A stretch of 64,000 nucleotides of DNA, taken from the IMG/VR virus record IMGVR_UViG_3300035501_000922; one strand, 5' to 3'. Positions 30,301 to 41,985 of the stretch are shown in pieces. The position numbers were made by a program, and so were the translations under genes. The notes below the pieces were generated by a model, which searched no databases, was not told the origin of the DNA, and saw only the letters and a list, made by a program, of their open reading frames with translations. How positions within the stretch are numbered: position 1 is the stretch's first letter; each line of letters opens with the position of its first letter. The DNA comes from a virus. Taxonomy: Duplodnaviria > Caudoviricetes.

Positions 30301-30942
30301 TTAATGGTACAATGTACCTTCCATGTATAAACTAAGTCTGGCTGTTTCAGTTCCATCTAGTAAGTTGCTTATCATTTCTGTGTTATATTCAACGATTACA
30401 CCCGGCTGAGCAGAAGCTTCAATTGAAACTCTAACATTATCAAATGATTTCTTTGGGTGATATGATCTTTTTTTAAATGGAGTATATGATATTATACTTG
30501 AACCCGATGGTGACATATTTCCTATAAGCATAACATCGTCAGATACAGGGAATGGTATAGTTATATTCATATAAGCACCAGTTAGTTTCTTCACATTATC
30601 AAACGTAGTATATTCTGCAATATAATCTGACTTATCAGGAGTTGAAACATATCTGGCTCTAAAACTATAATCACCCTTAACATAATAATGCCAATTTCCA
30701 CATGTTATATGTAGTTCAGGTGATGGAGTTTGTAAATCCGATGTAAATTCAAAACCATATGTTTTCATATCACTTATTATCGTTTTGAATATATCAGAAT
30801 TTAAATCATTTTTCCATACTAAGTCTTCTTCACGAACTTTTACAAAGAATGGTAAATAACTACCATCATCGTTCATATTTATTAACCATCCTCGTTTACA
30901 CTCATAAGTGGGGTTATCTGATTCATTTACAATGTCAGCCAT
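30301..30942 (-). CDS. Hypothetical protein
   Basis: RBS AAGGAGG; terminator 30261..30300. Confidence 0.7.
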   Translation of the reverse strand: MADIVNESDNPTYECKRGWLINMNDDGSYLPFFVKVREEDLVWKNDLNSDIFKTIISDMKTYGFEFTSDLQTPSPELHITCGNWHYYVKGDYSFRARYVSTPDKSDYIAEYTTFDNVKKLTGAYMNITIPFPVSDDVMLIGNMSPSGSSIISYTPFKKRSYHPKKSFDNVRVSIEASAQPGVIVEYNTEMISNLLDGTETARLSLYMEGTLYH

Positions 30943-30954
30943 TTTAATCCCTCC

Positions 30955-31920
30955 TTATACAGCTTTAGACAGTTCTGCATAAAATGTATTCATGCCTTTA
31001 ATATTTTTAGTTATATCGGATATTATTGGTTGATTGACTAAGAAGCTTCCAATTAATGTAGCTTCTATAGTATAAAGGAAGTATGGTAAACACTCCATTC
31101 CAAAAAGTGCACCAGCTTTATACGTTTGTAAATAATACTGTGTGAAATATCTGAACGTCAGTTTATCAAGTCGTCTTGTGATTGTTTTTAAAAATGTTAT
31201 CAATTGATTTATATCTGTAATATTGGCTTGATTATACGACTCAGCTACAAGCATTAAATCTTGTTTATTTGCACCCAGTATGATATTAATTGAATATGCA
31301 GTATTAATATCAGCATTTGTACTTCCCCATATGTTATCCAAGAAGAATCTTGATATACAGAAAGATACACGGTTAAAAACTTCCTTATCCATACTAAGAG
31401 CATATTCTTTATTCAGAATTCTTAAAAACATCTGTGTATATATAGTTACACAGAGTTTCATTAAACCGAGATTTTTTATAAAGTGTATTGGATATACATT
31501 ATAAGAGAGAGCTGTATATGCACCTTCCATTAAAACGTATAAATCCTTCATAGGCATATTTAAATATTGGTCTCCACCTGCTTTATCATTAGTCGTTAAA
31601 GTACCATAATTATTAACAAAGATTACTGCCTTTAATGACCCTTGCATTTTTAAAATGGTAAACGGTATTGCTTGTGGAACTTTCATATTCTTTGCATAAA
31701 TTAAAATAATTTCACCTTGCTCATAAGCACGTAGAACGTTGTCAGCAAGAGGTGAAATACGGGTTTTTTTAATTTGTAATAGTTGCTCTTCTATATATGA
31801 TGAATCAAGGATGATTCCATTTTTAATACATTCATTAATCAATAAAGTAATCTGAGATTGATTGTTTAATGACTTAAAAACGATAGAATCATTTAAAGAG
31901 GATTCTTGATATACACTCAT
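30955..31920 (-). CDS. Hypothetical late protein, possibly virion
   Basis: VYQE|S at N-terminus, late promoter 31961..31972. Confidence 0.65.
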   Translation of the reverse strand: MSVYQESSLNDSIVFKSLNNQSQITLLINECIKNGIILDSSYIEEQLLQIKKTRISPLADNVLRAYEQGEIILIYAKNMKVPQAIPFTILKMQGSLKAVIFVNNYGTLTTNDKAGGDQYLNMPMKDLYVLMEGAYTALSYNVYPIHFIKNLGLMKLCVTIYTQMFLRILNKEYALSMDKEVFNRVSFCISRFFLDNIWGSTNADINTAYSINIILGANKQDLMLVAESYNQANITDINQLITFLKTITRRLDKLTFRYFTQYYLQTYKAGALFGMECLPYFLYTIEATLIGSFLVNQPIISDITKNIKGMNTFYAELSKAV

Positions 31921-32064
31921 TTTCATCCACCTTTCTTATACTTTTTTAATGCAAATTTATTAAAACATTGTTTCTCAGCATTACTTCCATGTCAGGTATA
32001 GCTTTAGAATAGATTTGAAACAATTCCTTAATGGAGCTAATCTAATATGAGAGGAGGAAAAATC

Positions 32065-35000
32065 ATGGCTGAAGACACAAAAGAGCTTGCACAAAAGTAT
32101 CTGCGTAAAGCATTTGTGAATAATAGCTACAATGAATTATCTACTCATTTAGCTTTGAGAAAAACATGGGAAAATTCATTTTCATACTTGTATGCACTGC
32201 AACGGTCATACATAGGATATGAAGAATATCAAATTGATTTAAAGAAAGCTGATGAAGATTACAAAGAATTACATCGGCTTTATTTTAATAAATCATATAA
32301 ACCATGTTTTGATATTGAACGAAAATTTATAAATATATGCAATGATGAAGAATATCGAAAAAGTTCGTTTTATAAACAAAATATATCATTAGTTGATATA
32401 TGTAATAATCCTGATATTTTTGATAAAATGCCAGTCATTATAATAGATGACCATGTTATATGGGATTATGAAATCTATATAACGGATTCATATACTACGA
32501 TAATACTGTCATTATCATCTAACTTTATTTTTGAATATGAAAGAAACGGTGATAATGATAAGCGTGTATATAAAGAGCATAAGTTGCAAGTTCTTTTAAT
32601 AGATAATGCATATTATCAAAGAATTGCAATTAAAAAAGAAGCATTAGGATTTAATGGTAAAAGTATTACTATCTCTGATAGTATCATAAAAGACCATTTA
32701 ATAACATCAAGAACTGCAACAACAAGTTCATGTAATTATAAACAAATTCCTGATGATGATGGTATTCTGTTTTGTAGTATTCACATTCCAGTTAATAAGA
32801 AAGATTATGAACTTGGAACTGTAATGATTGACATGACCAAGAATGGTTCTAGTTATAAAGCTCAGCTGACAAATGATGTGATTGAACTATTATCTGAGAC
32901 AACCGAGACTTTTTATGTGTCTTTTTTCTTTTTCAATCATTTACATCTCCATACATACTATAATGGTAACAGCTATGCTACAACTGATTATCCAATTAAT
33001 GAACCAGAATTAGCATGCTTAACTCGTGAAATAAATACTGCATATAATATGCCAATACCTATCGAAAACTGTATACTCATGAAAAAAGATGCAGATGAAA
33101 AAGGTTATAAATTAATTCATAACGTTGATAATCTTGAGTTGTTTTATCCTTGTTTTTATCACGTCGCTGATAGTAATCAAAAATCGGGCAATCAGTATAA
33201 ACTTTTTTATTTTTATCAAGAAGGTTATGATTTAAAGTATACATGTATTCATGATTTCTTTTTTTACTTTGTATCTTTATCTAATGGTCGTAAAGATAAA
33301 AATATTGAGTGCATAATGGATATGTACTATAGAAAAATAGTAGAAAAAACAAATTTATCTACTGATAATGAGCATGACCAATTTTATGATATTTTAATAG
33401 ATGTTTTGACCTATTATTCATATATCCATAAATATGGTGATATTGATTTTATTCATCGATATAATGATGATAAAACATATACCATGCTAAAAAATAAATC
33501 TATTGAGTATAAAAATGAAACCTTACGTGAATGGATTAAAAAAGAACCATTTGTATTACGTGATTATGTTTTAGAGCAAAAGAAAAAAGGTTGTTCATTC
33601 TATATATTTACGAATACTGTTGATTTATCATCAAGAAAGAGAAATGACATATCCACGGAATTTCCTGATATCGTTGACCCTCATACTTTTACTGAACCAC
33701 ATTATGTATTTAGCACACTCAATGACGAAGAACTTGACCATGATTTAAATATTCGTGTTTTTGTTGATGGTTTATTCGTTGAGGATTTATATCAAAAACG
33801 AAAAGAATACACACAGTATATCTACATTCCAGCATCTATGATAACTGAAGATAGTTTTATCGAAGTTGAATTTGTAAGAGATTTTCATGTAGTAGATAGA
33901 AACGTTACATTTGATTCTTTAGATAGCAAGAAATCATTCGTTATTGCGTCTAAAGATTTTAATGTCACACCAACTAATGCCGATTTAGTAGTTTATGATG
34001 ATAAAGAAACTGGTACTGTAAATCGTTATGATACAGGTTTTTTTGATATAGATATAACTAACGAATATGGAGAGTTTAAAACAGCACACGGTACTGCAAA
34101 GCATCCATTACGTTTTGTTAGCTTATCAAAATTTACACTTCAACCAAATGACGAAGAGGTGTTAAATAAACCGTTAAAAATTAGACTATCGAAATCTGCG
34201 GAAGGTATTAGGTACATTGTACCTAGAGATGGAGAGGTCTTTCTTGAATTTGTTGATAATAGTTTTGGATATAATAAAGATTTTATTCGTGTTTATCATA
34301 ACGGAAGAATCATGCCAAGACAAAAATATATGTTTTATCCAATGTATCATTATCCAAGAATACGTTTTCTTGATGAAATGAAGAAGGATGATGTATTATA
34401 TATTGATGTATCTCCTTACAGATACACACAGGTTTATTATCAAGAAGATATATCTCCCACTGAAGATATACTCGATTTAAAAACGATTTTAAATAAGCCA
34501 TTTGATATTCGTTATTATGACGTGTACTTGAATGGTAGAAAACTAAGTATAAATAATGCTATTACCATGGACCCATGGTCTATAAAATTTATTAACCTAC
34601 ATTCAAAATATAACTTACTTATTTTTGAAAAAGAACGAGACTACGAATACTATGGTGTTGATTATACACTTGAACAGTTCTATTTTACAATTGAAGAATT
34701 TTTCAAGAGAACATACATGACTGATTCAGAAAAAGAAAAAGTTATGAATTTCCTTATTGAAACTCGAAAAGAAGATGAACGTGTTAAAGTTGGAGATAAT
34801 GTCAACGACGAAGATAAAGAAGATTATCCTGATATAGGAGAGAAGTATATATACTACTTATTTGATTCATTCTATTATGATGAATTAATACCGAAAACGT
34901 TTATGAATCCAGATATTGGTCAGCTTTCGTTTTTAGTAATGTATGAGTGGTATAGAGAAATTTATGATTTATATTTGACATCACCATATTTAAGTTCGTG

Positions 35001-35238
35001 TGAAGATGAACCTAACGCAAAAAGACGCAGATCAGACTATATGGATTGTATATGCTTAAATCCAGATTTACAATATGATGGATTAGGTAAAAACGGTTCA
35101 CAGTTGGTATATAGCGTAGGTCATTTAAATGAAATATCTAAGGCAATAAGAGATATGGAAATTGAAATAAAGACACGAATTACCGTTGATAAATATGTAA
35201 AAGATGACTTAGATAAAGATGAAGAATTGGAGGTGTAA
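32065..35238 (+). CDS. Large virion structural protein (baseplate-type)
   Basis: Tyr-rich beta repeats (VFVDG, VYHNGR, VYLNGRKL); late promoter 32019..32030; RBS GAGGAGG. Confidence 0.6.
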   Translation: MAEDTKELAQKYLRKAFVNNSYNELSTHLALRKTWENSFSYLYALQRSYIGYEEYQIDLKKADEDYKELHRLYFNKSYKPCFDIERKFINICNDEEYRKSSFYKQNISLVDICNNPDIFDKMPVIIIDDHVIWDYEIYITDSYTTIILSLSSNFIFEYERNGDNDKRVYKEHKLQVLLIDNAYYQRIAIKKEALGFNGKSITISDSIIKDHLITSRTATTSSCNYKQIPDDDGILFCSIHIPVNKKDYELGTVMIDMTKNGSSYKAQLTNDVIELLSETTETFYVSFFFFNHLHLHTYYNGNSYATTDYPINEPELACLTREINTAYNMPIPIENCILMKKDADEKGYKLIHNVDNLELFYPCFYHVADSNQKSGNQYKLFYFYQEGYDLKYTCIHDFFFYFVSLSNGRKDKNIECIMDMYYRKIVEKTNLSTDNEHDQFYDILIDVLTYYSYIHKYGDIDFIHRYNDDKTYTMLKNKSIEYKNETLREWIKKEPFVLRDYVLEQKKKGCSFYIFTNTVDLSSRKRNDISTEFPDIVDPHTFTEPHYVFSTLNDEELDHDLNIRVFVDGLFVEDLYQKRKEYTQYIYIPASMITEDSFIEVEFVRDFHVVDRNVTFDSLDSKKSFVIASKDFNVTPTNADLVVYDDKETGTVNRYDTGFFDIDITNEYGEFKTAHGTAKHPLRFVSLSKFTLQPNDEEVLNKPLKIRLSKSAEGIRYIVPRDGEVFLEFVDNSFGYNKDFIRVYHNGRIMPRQKYMFYPMYHYPRIRFLDEMKKDDVLYIDVSPYRYTQVYYQEDISPTEDILDLKTILNKPFDIRYYDVYLNGRKLSINNAITMDPWSIKFINLHSKYNLLIFEKERDYEYYGVDYTLEQFYFTIEEFFKRTYMTDSEKEKVMNFLIETRKEDERVKVGDNVNDEDKEDYPDIGEKYIYYLFDSFYYDELIPKTFMNPDIGQLSFLVMYEWYREIYDLYLTSPYLSSCEDEPNAKRRRSDYMDCICLNPDLQYDGLGKNGSQLVYSVGHLNEISKAIRDMEIEIKTRITVDKYVKDDLDKDEELEV

Positions 35239-35243
35239 CTTAG

Positions 35244-36533
35244 ATGCCAGTAAGAATAATTGATTCATCTGATAGACCAACGTACGTGGAAAAACCAGAT
35301 ATACGTTTTGCTACAACATTTCTTAGTCATGAATATCGTGATTATTCAGTAGAGGGTGAAGCCCTCATGGATAAAATGACAGGTGAACTTTTTATAAAGA
35401 GACCTGAAGATGGTCGTGTATTAAGCTTTGAGCAAAATAAAAAATATGCATATGACCAAGTCTTAGAACTTCGTGTTCTATTAACTAACAATGAGGAATT
35501 TACATACCCTAAAAATAGTACTGATGCATTTTATGTATCTACAAATTATGACTTAGTTACTATCAATAAAGAAGTTGTAAATGATGTACTTAAAACAGAA
35601 AATACTGTAATAAGTGTCGAAGGAAGTAGTGATATTGATTTACGTAACACTCTTTCTTTTAATATATCAGGTTACTGTAATGGTTTCTTCTGTTGTCCTA
35701 TTACACGTGATTGTGATAAAATGGCTGTAGAGATTCTGAGTAGTATGTATAATAACATAGTTCAGAATTATGAAGGAAGCGATAACAAAATAAGAAGTGA
35801 ACAGTCAAAATTCACATCTATTCAGAAATGGGAAGACAGCGATATAATTCTAACATATACTGCAGATATTACAGAAAACGGAGTAACTAAATCATATACA
35901 TTAACAGATTACATCCGTTTCAATGAACAGATGGGTGTGCTAATTCCTACAGATGTATTAGCAAATTATCCTTATGGATACGATTCTATAAAAATTACAA
36001 TTAAAAAACTTGAATATTACAAGATGCATTTTGTAATGGGTCTATCAAAATCTATTACAGGTATTGATGACATGTATGAAAATATCAAAGAGTACCTCTG
36101 TCCTGATGGTAAAATTTATGTCAACTATCTTAACATAGTTAGCTTTGTTGATAGTTATAAGGATATAAGATTACTGGGAAATGAAACTAATGTAGGTTTT
36201 CTTGATATCCCATATGTTAGACGATACATGACAAAACTTGCTAAATTAAAGAAAAATTCTGATTTTATTCAGTCAACTGCAAGACCTTCAGAAGATGACT
36301 GGGGAGCTAATGCGGTTTGGGCTGAAATGCTTAGAGATGTAAAAAGCAGAGGAGAAGTTACATATAGAAATAGTGAGACTGATTTGAAAGAATTGGAAAT
36401 ACTGATTTCTAAGAATGACTTCGATATCGTTAATATTAATCCTGATTTCAATGCTGTTAATGATATATGGATTGAAAACCTTGGTGATGTTGAAGTTAAC
36501 ACAGAGGAGAGTGATACTAATGAAAGTTCTTGA
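35244..36533 (+). CDS. Putative virion structural protein
   Basis: Operonic with the previous gene, RBS GGAGGT. Confidence 0.6.
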   Translation: MPVRIIDSSDRPTYVEKPDIRFATTFLSHEYRDYSVEGEALMDKMTGELFIKRPEDGRVLSFEQNKKYAYDQVLELRVLLTNNEEFTYPKNSTDAFYVSTNYDLVTINKEVVNDVLKTENTVISVEGSSDIDLRNTLSFNISGYCNGFFCCPITRDCDKMAVEILSSMYNNIVQNYEGSDNKIRSEQSKFTSIQKWEDSDIILTYTADITENGVTKSYTLTDYIRFNEQMGVLIPTDVLANYPYGYDSIKITIKKLEYYKMHFVMGLSKSITGIDDMYENIKEYLCPDGKIYVNYLNIVSFVDSYKDIRLLGNETNVGFLDIPYVRRYMTKLAKLKKNSDFIQSTARPSEDDWGANAVWAEMLRDVKSRGEVTYRNSETDLKELEILISKNDFDIVNINPDFNAVNDIWIENLGDVEVNTEESDTNESS

Positions 36534-37386
36534 AGTAAGTAATTTAACATTGGACCCTGATAATTCTGAAGAATATTTAGTTGTGCCTGATGAAAGTACA
36601 ATAACGAAAAATGTAAAGTATCCTCTTTTTTTGGGTAGATTGGATCTTCTGTGGATTATGAAAGACGTTGATATTTATAAAGCGAATATATTACCATATG
36701 TTGATCTCACTGAAGAAGAATATGAGTCACTTGATTGGGAGGCAAATACGATTTATCGTATTATCGACAATAGTCGAATTGTTAAATTATTCTTTAATGG
36801 AACCGAATATGGAACAACTACAGAAGTACAGCAAATGGTCGGTAACGCTACACTCTTCTTAAGTGAAGATGGTGTAATTTATACTGATTTAATTTCCGAT
36901 AATACTAAGTTGAAAGTTGATTCTGCCATCGAGAGTGATATGTTATCATCTAATACTAGATTGAAAGTGACTTCTGCTGCTGAGGGTGCTGTGGTAACAA
37001 CTGAAGTAGTACAAAGTGGTATAAACACTATAGATATTACAAATCTCGTGTGGGAGAGCGGTGGTGGTAACTTAAATACCGGTGTATTTGACATTTCTGT
37101 TTCAAGTCAGATAAGGTCACAGGAATACATTGAATTACCTAGTAATACGTTCGCTATTTCAGTTTCATCAAAGAGTACAAATAATAACTCAATGGGTTAT
37201 TATGCAGTATTTTATAATGAGAATAAGGAATTTGTATCATCAACTCCTTCAAAAGTTAACGGTGGTGTACAATTCTCTGTATCTGGCAATCCAGCATATG
37301 TAAGAATAATACTAGAAAATGGAAGCAATATAAGTCCAGATTCATTAGTATCATCAGTTTTAACTACATACAGTACATGGGAATAA
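36520..37386 (+). CDS. Putative tail/baseplate appendage protein with beta-sandwich C-terminus
   Basis: ATG 36520 after GAGGAG; WESGG..IRS.EYI..FYNENKEFVS..AYVRI pattern typical of phage adhesin modules. Confidence 0.55.
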   Translation: MKVLEVSNLTLDPDNSEEYLVVPDESTITKNVKYPLFLGRLDLLWIMKDVDIYKANILPYVDLTEEEYESLDWEANTIYRIIDNSRIVKLFFNGTEYGTTTEVQQMVGNATLFLSEDGVIYTDLISDNTKLKVDSAIESDMLSSNTRLKVTSAAEGAVVTTEVVQSGINTIDITNLVWESGGGNLNTGVFDISVSSQIRSQEYIELPSNTFAISVSSKSTNNNSMGYYAVFYNENKEFVSSTPSKVNGGVQFSVSGNPAYVRIILENGSNISPDSLVSSVLTTYSTWE

Positions 37387-37401
37387 TGGGAGGTAATACT
37401 T

Positions 37402-37641
37402 ATGAATAAACGAATTCGATATATACCAGACGGTGTTACAGATATTCTCATGCATGGTAAGGATTCTGATAGGACTGAGCGTGTCTTAATGCCTATAACA
37501 AGATATGATAATATTCTGAGTTCTCCGACTGTTGTTACAGAGGAGATTGAAACACACGGTGCTCCTTTCCACTTATTAGAAGTGGAAACAGTTGAAATGA
37601 CTGAAGAAGAAATCCGTAAATTATGTGGACATATAATTTAA
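37402..37641 (+). CDS. Small hypothetical structural protein
   Basis: RBS GGAGGT, operonic. Confidence 0.65.
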   Translation: MNKRIRYIPDGVTDILMHGKDSDRTERVLMPITRYDNILSSPTVVTEEIETHGAPFHLLEVETVEMTEEEIRKLCGHII

Positions 37642-37659
37642 TTAAAGAGGTGATTATTT

Positions 37660-38115
37660 ATGGCAACAAAAATGAGAGCAAGACTACAAACACCTGTTGA
37701 TGAGAATGGTAATCGTAAAGACATAGCGCTTTTAACTGATGTCGATTCTGTAATGGTTGATAATGACACTACATTGCATACATATCTTGATGGTCTTAAA
37801 ACGAGTATATCTGATAATACCACAAGAATTGATAATGCTGGTGTTATGACAATATCAGTACTTGAACCTACTAACAATGGTATATGGGCAGAAATCAAAA
37901 ATCCAAGTAAAGATGATGTTGATTACACATACCTCGTGGCAGCAGGAGAAGTAAGCACTGAATGGGCTAAAAACTGGGGTGCTCGTATGATTGTCGCTGA
38001 TAATGCTGATGATTATAATTCTGCAACTATGATTAAAATTAGTGAATTAAATGCATATGACCCTGACATAGATTGGGAAATTGGCAAGTATGTATATAGA
38101 TGGCCTAAGCAATAA
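37660..38115 (+). CDS. Small putative tail-associated protein
   Basis: RBS GAGGTG; T..D.V....TL...LD motif seen in fibre N-termini; terminator 38131..38168. Confidence 0.55.
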   Translation: MATKMRARLQTPVDENGNRKDIALLTDVDSVMVDNDTTLHTYLDGLKTSISDNTTRIDNAGVMTISVLEPTNNGIWAEIKNPSKDDVDYTYLVAAGEVSTEWAKNWGARMIVADNADDYNSATMIKISELNAYDPDIDWEIGKYVYRWPKQ

Positions 38116-38224
38116 ATATATTATTTATATAAGTAATGATAACATCTTTCTTGATGTTATCATTACTTTCTACCCTACAAATAACAAAAAGTTAACTTTT
38201 TTAATTTAGGAGGGGTAACTTTTT

Positions 38225-40264
38225 ATGGAACAACTAGAGAGGATACCTAAGAAAAAATTATTATCTGTAAAAGATATAAAAATGAAACCATTGAAAATTA
38301 AGTTTGATATAACCACATTGAATATGATTATATCATTTATTTATAAAGATAGTGTACTAAGAACAAGAAAAACACTATCTAATATTTATAAGCTTTTTAA
38401 TAATCTTGATGAAAGCATTTATGAAGACGACCCAACGTTGTTTGGAAGAGTCTGGATCATACAAAAAACACTATATGGAAAGCTAATTGATGGATTTGAG
38501 AATGATGATAACTTAAAACAATATTGTCTTGATGATATAGAGTGTGATGAATTCAGAGCAACAACGTTAAAAAATATCTTAGAAACAAAGAAAATCTCAC
38601 ATGATGAATCTAAGTATCTCATTAAAAAAATTGATGATACATTAGAATTTGGATATACTGTTACAGTTAAAGATATAATGAAACAGATTCTAAATTCTAT
38701 AGATGATGGGGATTTTAAATCATATAAAGCAGTAAGTGAAGATTTGTATAATATTGCGACTTCTGTTATTAATATCAAACGTAATACATCAAGTTTGGGT
38801 TCAGATCAAACATTCTCACTTAGTGATGAACAGTTTGATGCTGTTATTGAAGATGCAGTACAGAAGTTAAAAGATAGAAATAGAATATTCATCACAGGTA
38901 TACAAAGATGGAATACGATATTAGCACCGGGATATTTAAGCAAAAGATTATATACATATCTTGCATTTCCCGGAAAAGGTAAATCAACTATTTTACTTAA
39001 ATCTGCAATGGATATTCGTAAATATAATAAAGGGATTAAAACAAAAGATCCTGATAAAAGACCTGCTGTATTATTCTTAACCCTTGAAAATGATATCCCT
39101 GAAACTATTGAGCGTATTTATAATATGTGTGTCGATAGCGATGATATTCGTAATTATTCGCCTAAACAAATAAAGAAAAAGATGAGAGAAAAAGGTGGAT
39201 TAAAACTAAGTGATGATGATAACATCGACATTATCATTCAAGAATATAAAAACAGGGAATTAGATACAAATGATTTGTATACAATAATTAATGATTTAGC
39301 AGATGAAGGAATTGAAGTTATTACTTTAATTGTAGACTACATGAAAAGAATTAGACCAGCTGAAAGAGCTGATAGTGAAAAGACTGAGCTGAAGAATATT
39401 ACCAATGAATTAAAAGAAATAGCAAAGTATTTCGATATTTGTGTTATTTCAGCTCAACAGCTTAATCGTGTTGGTGCTAGTGTAGTAGATGCGGCTTTAC
39501 AGGCTAAAAAAGAAGATGTTACACGATTAGTTGGTAGAGATGCCATAAGTGGAGCATGGGAGATTAAAGTTTATCAATGGTCTCCCCATATAGTAATATA
39601 TGAAAAAAAAACTGTTTTAATTGCTGGAAACTCTTGTTAGGTCTTAGATACCAAAGTGTGATAATTCTAAGAATAGAGACAATCAGCAGCCAAGACTCTT
39701 TATAAGAGTAAGGTTCAACGACTATCGAAAGCATAACTTAAGAGAAATACTTAAGTGAAGAAGTGAGTAGAGTACATTATTTATATAGTGGAAACAAACA
39801 GCTCTTTATATTTGGTAATAGAATATAAAGATGAAGATATAGTCTAAACTTTGCTGAGAAGTAAAGATATACATAATAAATATAATTTATGCATTGAGAA
39901 CAGCGATTTTGTATGTATTATTAACCCTGAGGTTAAGTCTGATACAAATGAATTATTTTTAACTTTTAAAATGCTTAAAAGAAGATACAGGTCTTCGGAA
40001 GAAAATGAGAAACTTAGAAGACTTGAATATTTCAATCATCCGTTTGAACCTAATAATGAAATTAGATTATTAGATGACATAGATTTACCTAGACCTTTAT
40101 CATTGGAATCTCTTAGTACACAATTTGAAGCAATAGATGATAAGCGAGGAAAAGAGAATGCAATCAATAGAGAAGTTAAGGATAAGAAGAAAAAGAAAAC
40201 TTATGTAGAAAATGATTATGATGATTTTGAGCCTTTTGATTTTGAAAAGACATCTAATTATTAA
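38225..40264 (+). CDS. dnaB: DnaB-like replicative helicase, spliced: exon1 38225..39564, exon2 39892..40264 (570 aa)
   Basis: Walker A AFPGKGKS, TLEN, VDYM, SAQQLNR; splicing restores GAWEIIENSDFV. Confidence 0.9.
39565..39891 (+). ncRNA. ORF-less group I intron (327 nt) in the helicase gene
   Basis: P1 GGGAGAT:GTCTCCC (U.G), P10 TCAATG:CATTGA, cores AATTGCTGGAA/AATCAGCAGC/GTTCAACGACTATC/AAGATATAGTCT, terminal G. Confidence 0.93.
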
Positions 40265-40481
40265 ATAATAAAGACATGGAGATTTTTTTCTCCATGTCTT
40301 TATTTATCCAGAAAATGGCTTAAGGAACATGAATTTTAATTAACTCACGGTTCCTCTTCAAAAGAGAGAGACTAAAGTCTCTTTCTTTTTTTTGTTTTTT
40401 ATATTGAAAAATACATATTGTTAACCCTTATGGTAGTTTATTAATATCTCCATGAGAGATAAATTGAAAGGACAGATTTAT

Positions 40482-41396
40482 ATGAAGAAAATTATTGTTA
40501 AGGTAAAAACAGTGGAGAAACCCAAAACTCATAATGATGAAGTGGATAGCTTAGTTGATAGCTTTGCTATGATACTATCACTTGCAGAGGGGTTGAACGC
40601 ACTCGATGAAAAATTAAAAGATCGCCCTAATAAAAAAAATAACGAATATAAGACCAATGAGTTAAAGAATGCTGTCGATAAAAATGTTGATGATGATTCT
40701 GATAATGAGCTTACTTGTATCATCAATGACTTAAATTATATAAAGATGTATAACGCCATGATTAACCTTTTTAATTGGGGTAAGCTTCATGTAGAATCCG
40801 ATAATATACATACGAAAACTATTAGTATACTCGACAGACTTATCAAGGTACTTGACTCAACTATGGAACCATCTACAACTATTGCAACGTACTATCCAAT
40901 AGCACAATTAGCAGAATGTATGTTCACTGAGGATAAGGAGATGGTTATAAATATATATACAAATATTACATCCAAGTTAATTATTGATTTATCACTTCAT
41001 AATGTTACTGTACTGGATGTAATAAACGAATTAAAAGTAATTCGTGATAATTATAAATATCAATATGACAATATACTGTCACAGTATATTAGCATCATAT
41101 CACCTACATATGGTGAGACTGCTCAGATTACATTATCTAAGTATTTAGCTATTTATCATAATGCACTGGAGAAAATCTGTAGTAAAACACCTGATAAAGA
41201 GATTACTATTACCGGTGTACTCAGCAATATTCCAAATATCGAAAACGTATACACGGATATCTATCATACTCTCCAGTTTATTGCAGAGATTATCGAAGAC
41301 GAACTTGAGTATAATTGGTTGATGGAGATTCCTGCAAAAGAACTTTTACGTATAATAAAAAAACTTGAATCACTTGTAAAGACTCAGAAAAAATGA
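40482..41396 (+). CDS. Hypothetical helical protein
   Basis: ATG after GAAAGGA. Confidence 0.7.
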   Translation: MKKIIVKVKTVEKPKTHNDEVDSLVDSFAMILSLAEGLNALDEKLKDRPNKKNNEYKTNELKNAVDKNVDDDSDNELTCIINDLNYIKMYNAMINLFNWGKLHVESDNIHTKTISILDRLIKVLDSTMEPSTTIATYYPIAQLAECMFTEDKEMVINIYTNITSKLIIDLSLHNVTVLDVINELKVIRDNYKYQYDNILSQYISIISPTYGETAQITLSKYLAIYHNALEKICSKTPDKEITITGVLSNIPNIENVYTDIYHTLQFIAEIIEDELEYNWLMEIPAKELLRIIKKLESLVKTQKK

Positions 41397-41430
41397 TTCA
41401 TTTAATATAAATAAAGGGGAGGTGTAAGTA

Positions 41431-41874
41431 ATGAGTGAGGTAAATACGACAGATAATGAGCAGTCATTATTTCAGTTATTTCTGGATGTAATGAATAAAA
41501 ACAAACAGAAAATACATGACGATGATATGGAAGAGCTCATAAAAAGATTAGGAAAAATATGTGCTCATTATGTCCAATATTTAGGAGATTTTGATGATAA
41601 TACGTACGTACCAATGATGATTAATTTCATCAGGTCTAATGTAATCATTGTTAGAGAACTCCGTCATCTTTATGATAATTATAGTAGCTTTATTTCATTT
41701 GAAATGATCGTACGAAGTATAATCGGATATCCATCACTACATATCAATATGATAAAAGAGATATCAGCTTTTTTATATAATAAACATCAGGACTTAATGT
41801 TTGTTACTGCATGTGATGAAATTATAAGCGCTTTAGACGAAGCATTAGAAAAGAGAACTACTTCGAATGAATAA
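41431..41874 (+). CDS. Hypothetical protein
   Basis: RBS GGGAGGT. Confidence 0.7.
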   Translation: MSEVNTTDNEQSLFQLFLDVMNKNKQKIHDDDMEELIKRLGKICAHYVQYLGDFDDNTYVPMMINFIRSNVIIVRELRHLYDNYSSFISFEMIVRSIIGYPSLHINMIKEISAFLYNKHQDLMFVTACDEIISALDEALEKRTTSNE

Positions 41875-41898
41875 CAATATAAAATAATTTAGTAATTT

Positions 41899-41934
41899 AA
41901 CGATTCCATTATATATTATTATAATGGAATCGTT
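41899..41934 (+). promoter_or_regulatory. Early promoter core (41909..41919) embedded in a 14-bp inverted repeat
   Basis: AACGATTCCATTAT-ATATTATT-ATAATGGAATCGTT contains TTATATATTAT. Confidence 0.7.
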
Positions 41935-41985
41935 GTTTATTATTAACTGAATTGATTCATAATTACATTGAAAGGAGTGTTTGTA

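Noticed and set aside
36415-36533. Programmed frameshift between overlapping ORFs 35244 and 36415
   Set aside because: A good RBS (GAGGAG) and ATG at 36520 explain it as a short ordinary overlap.
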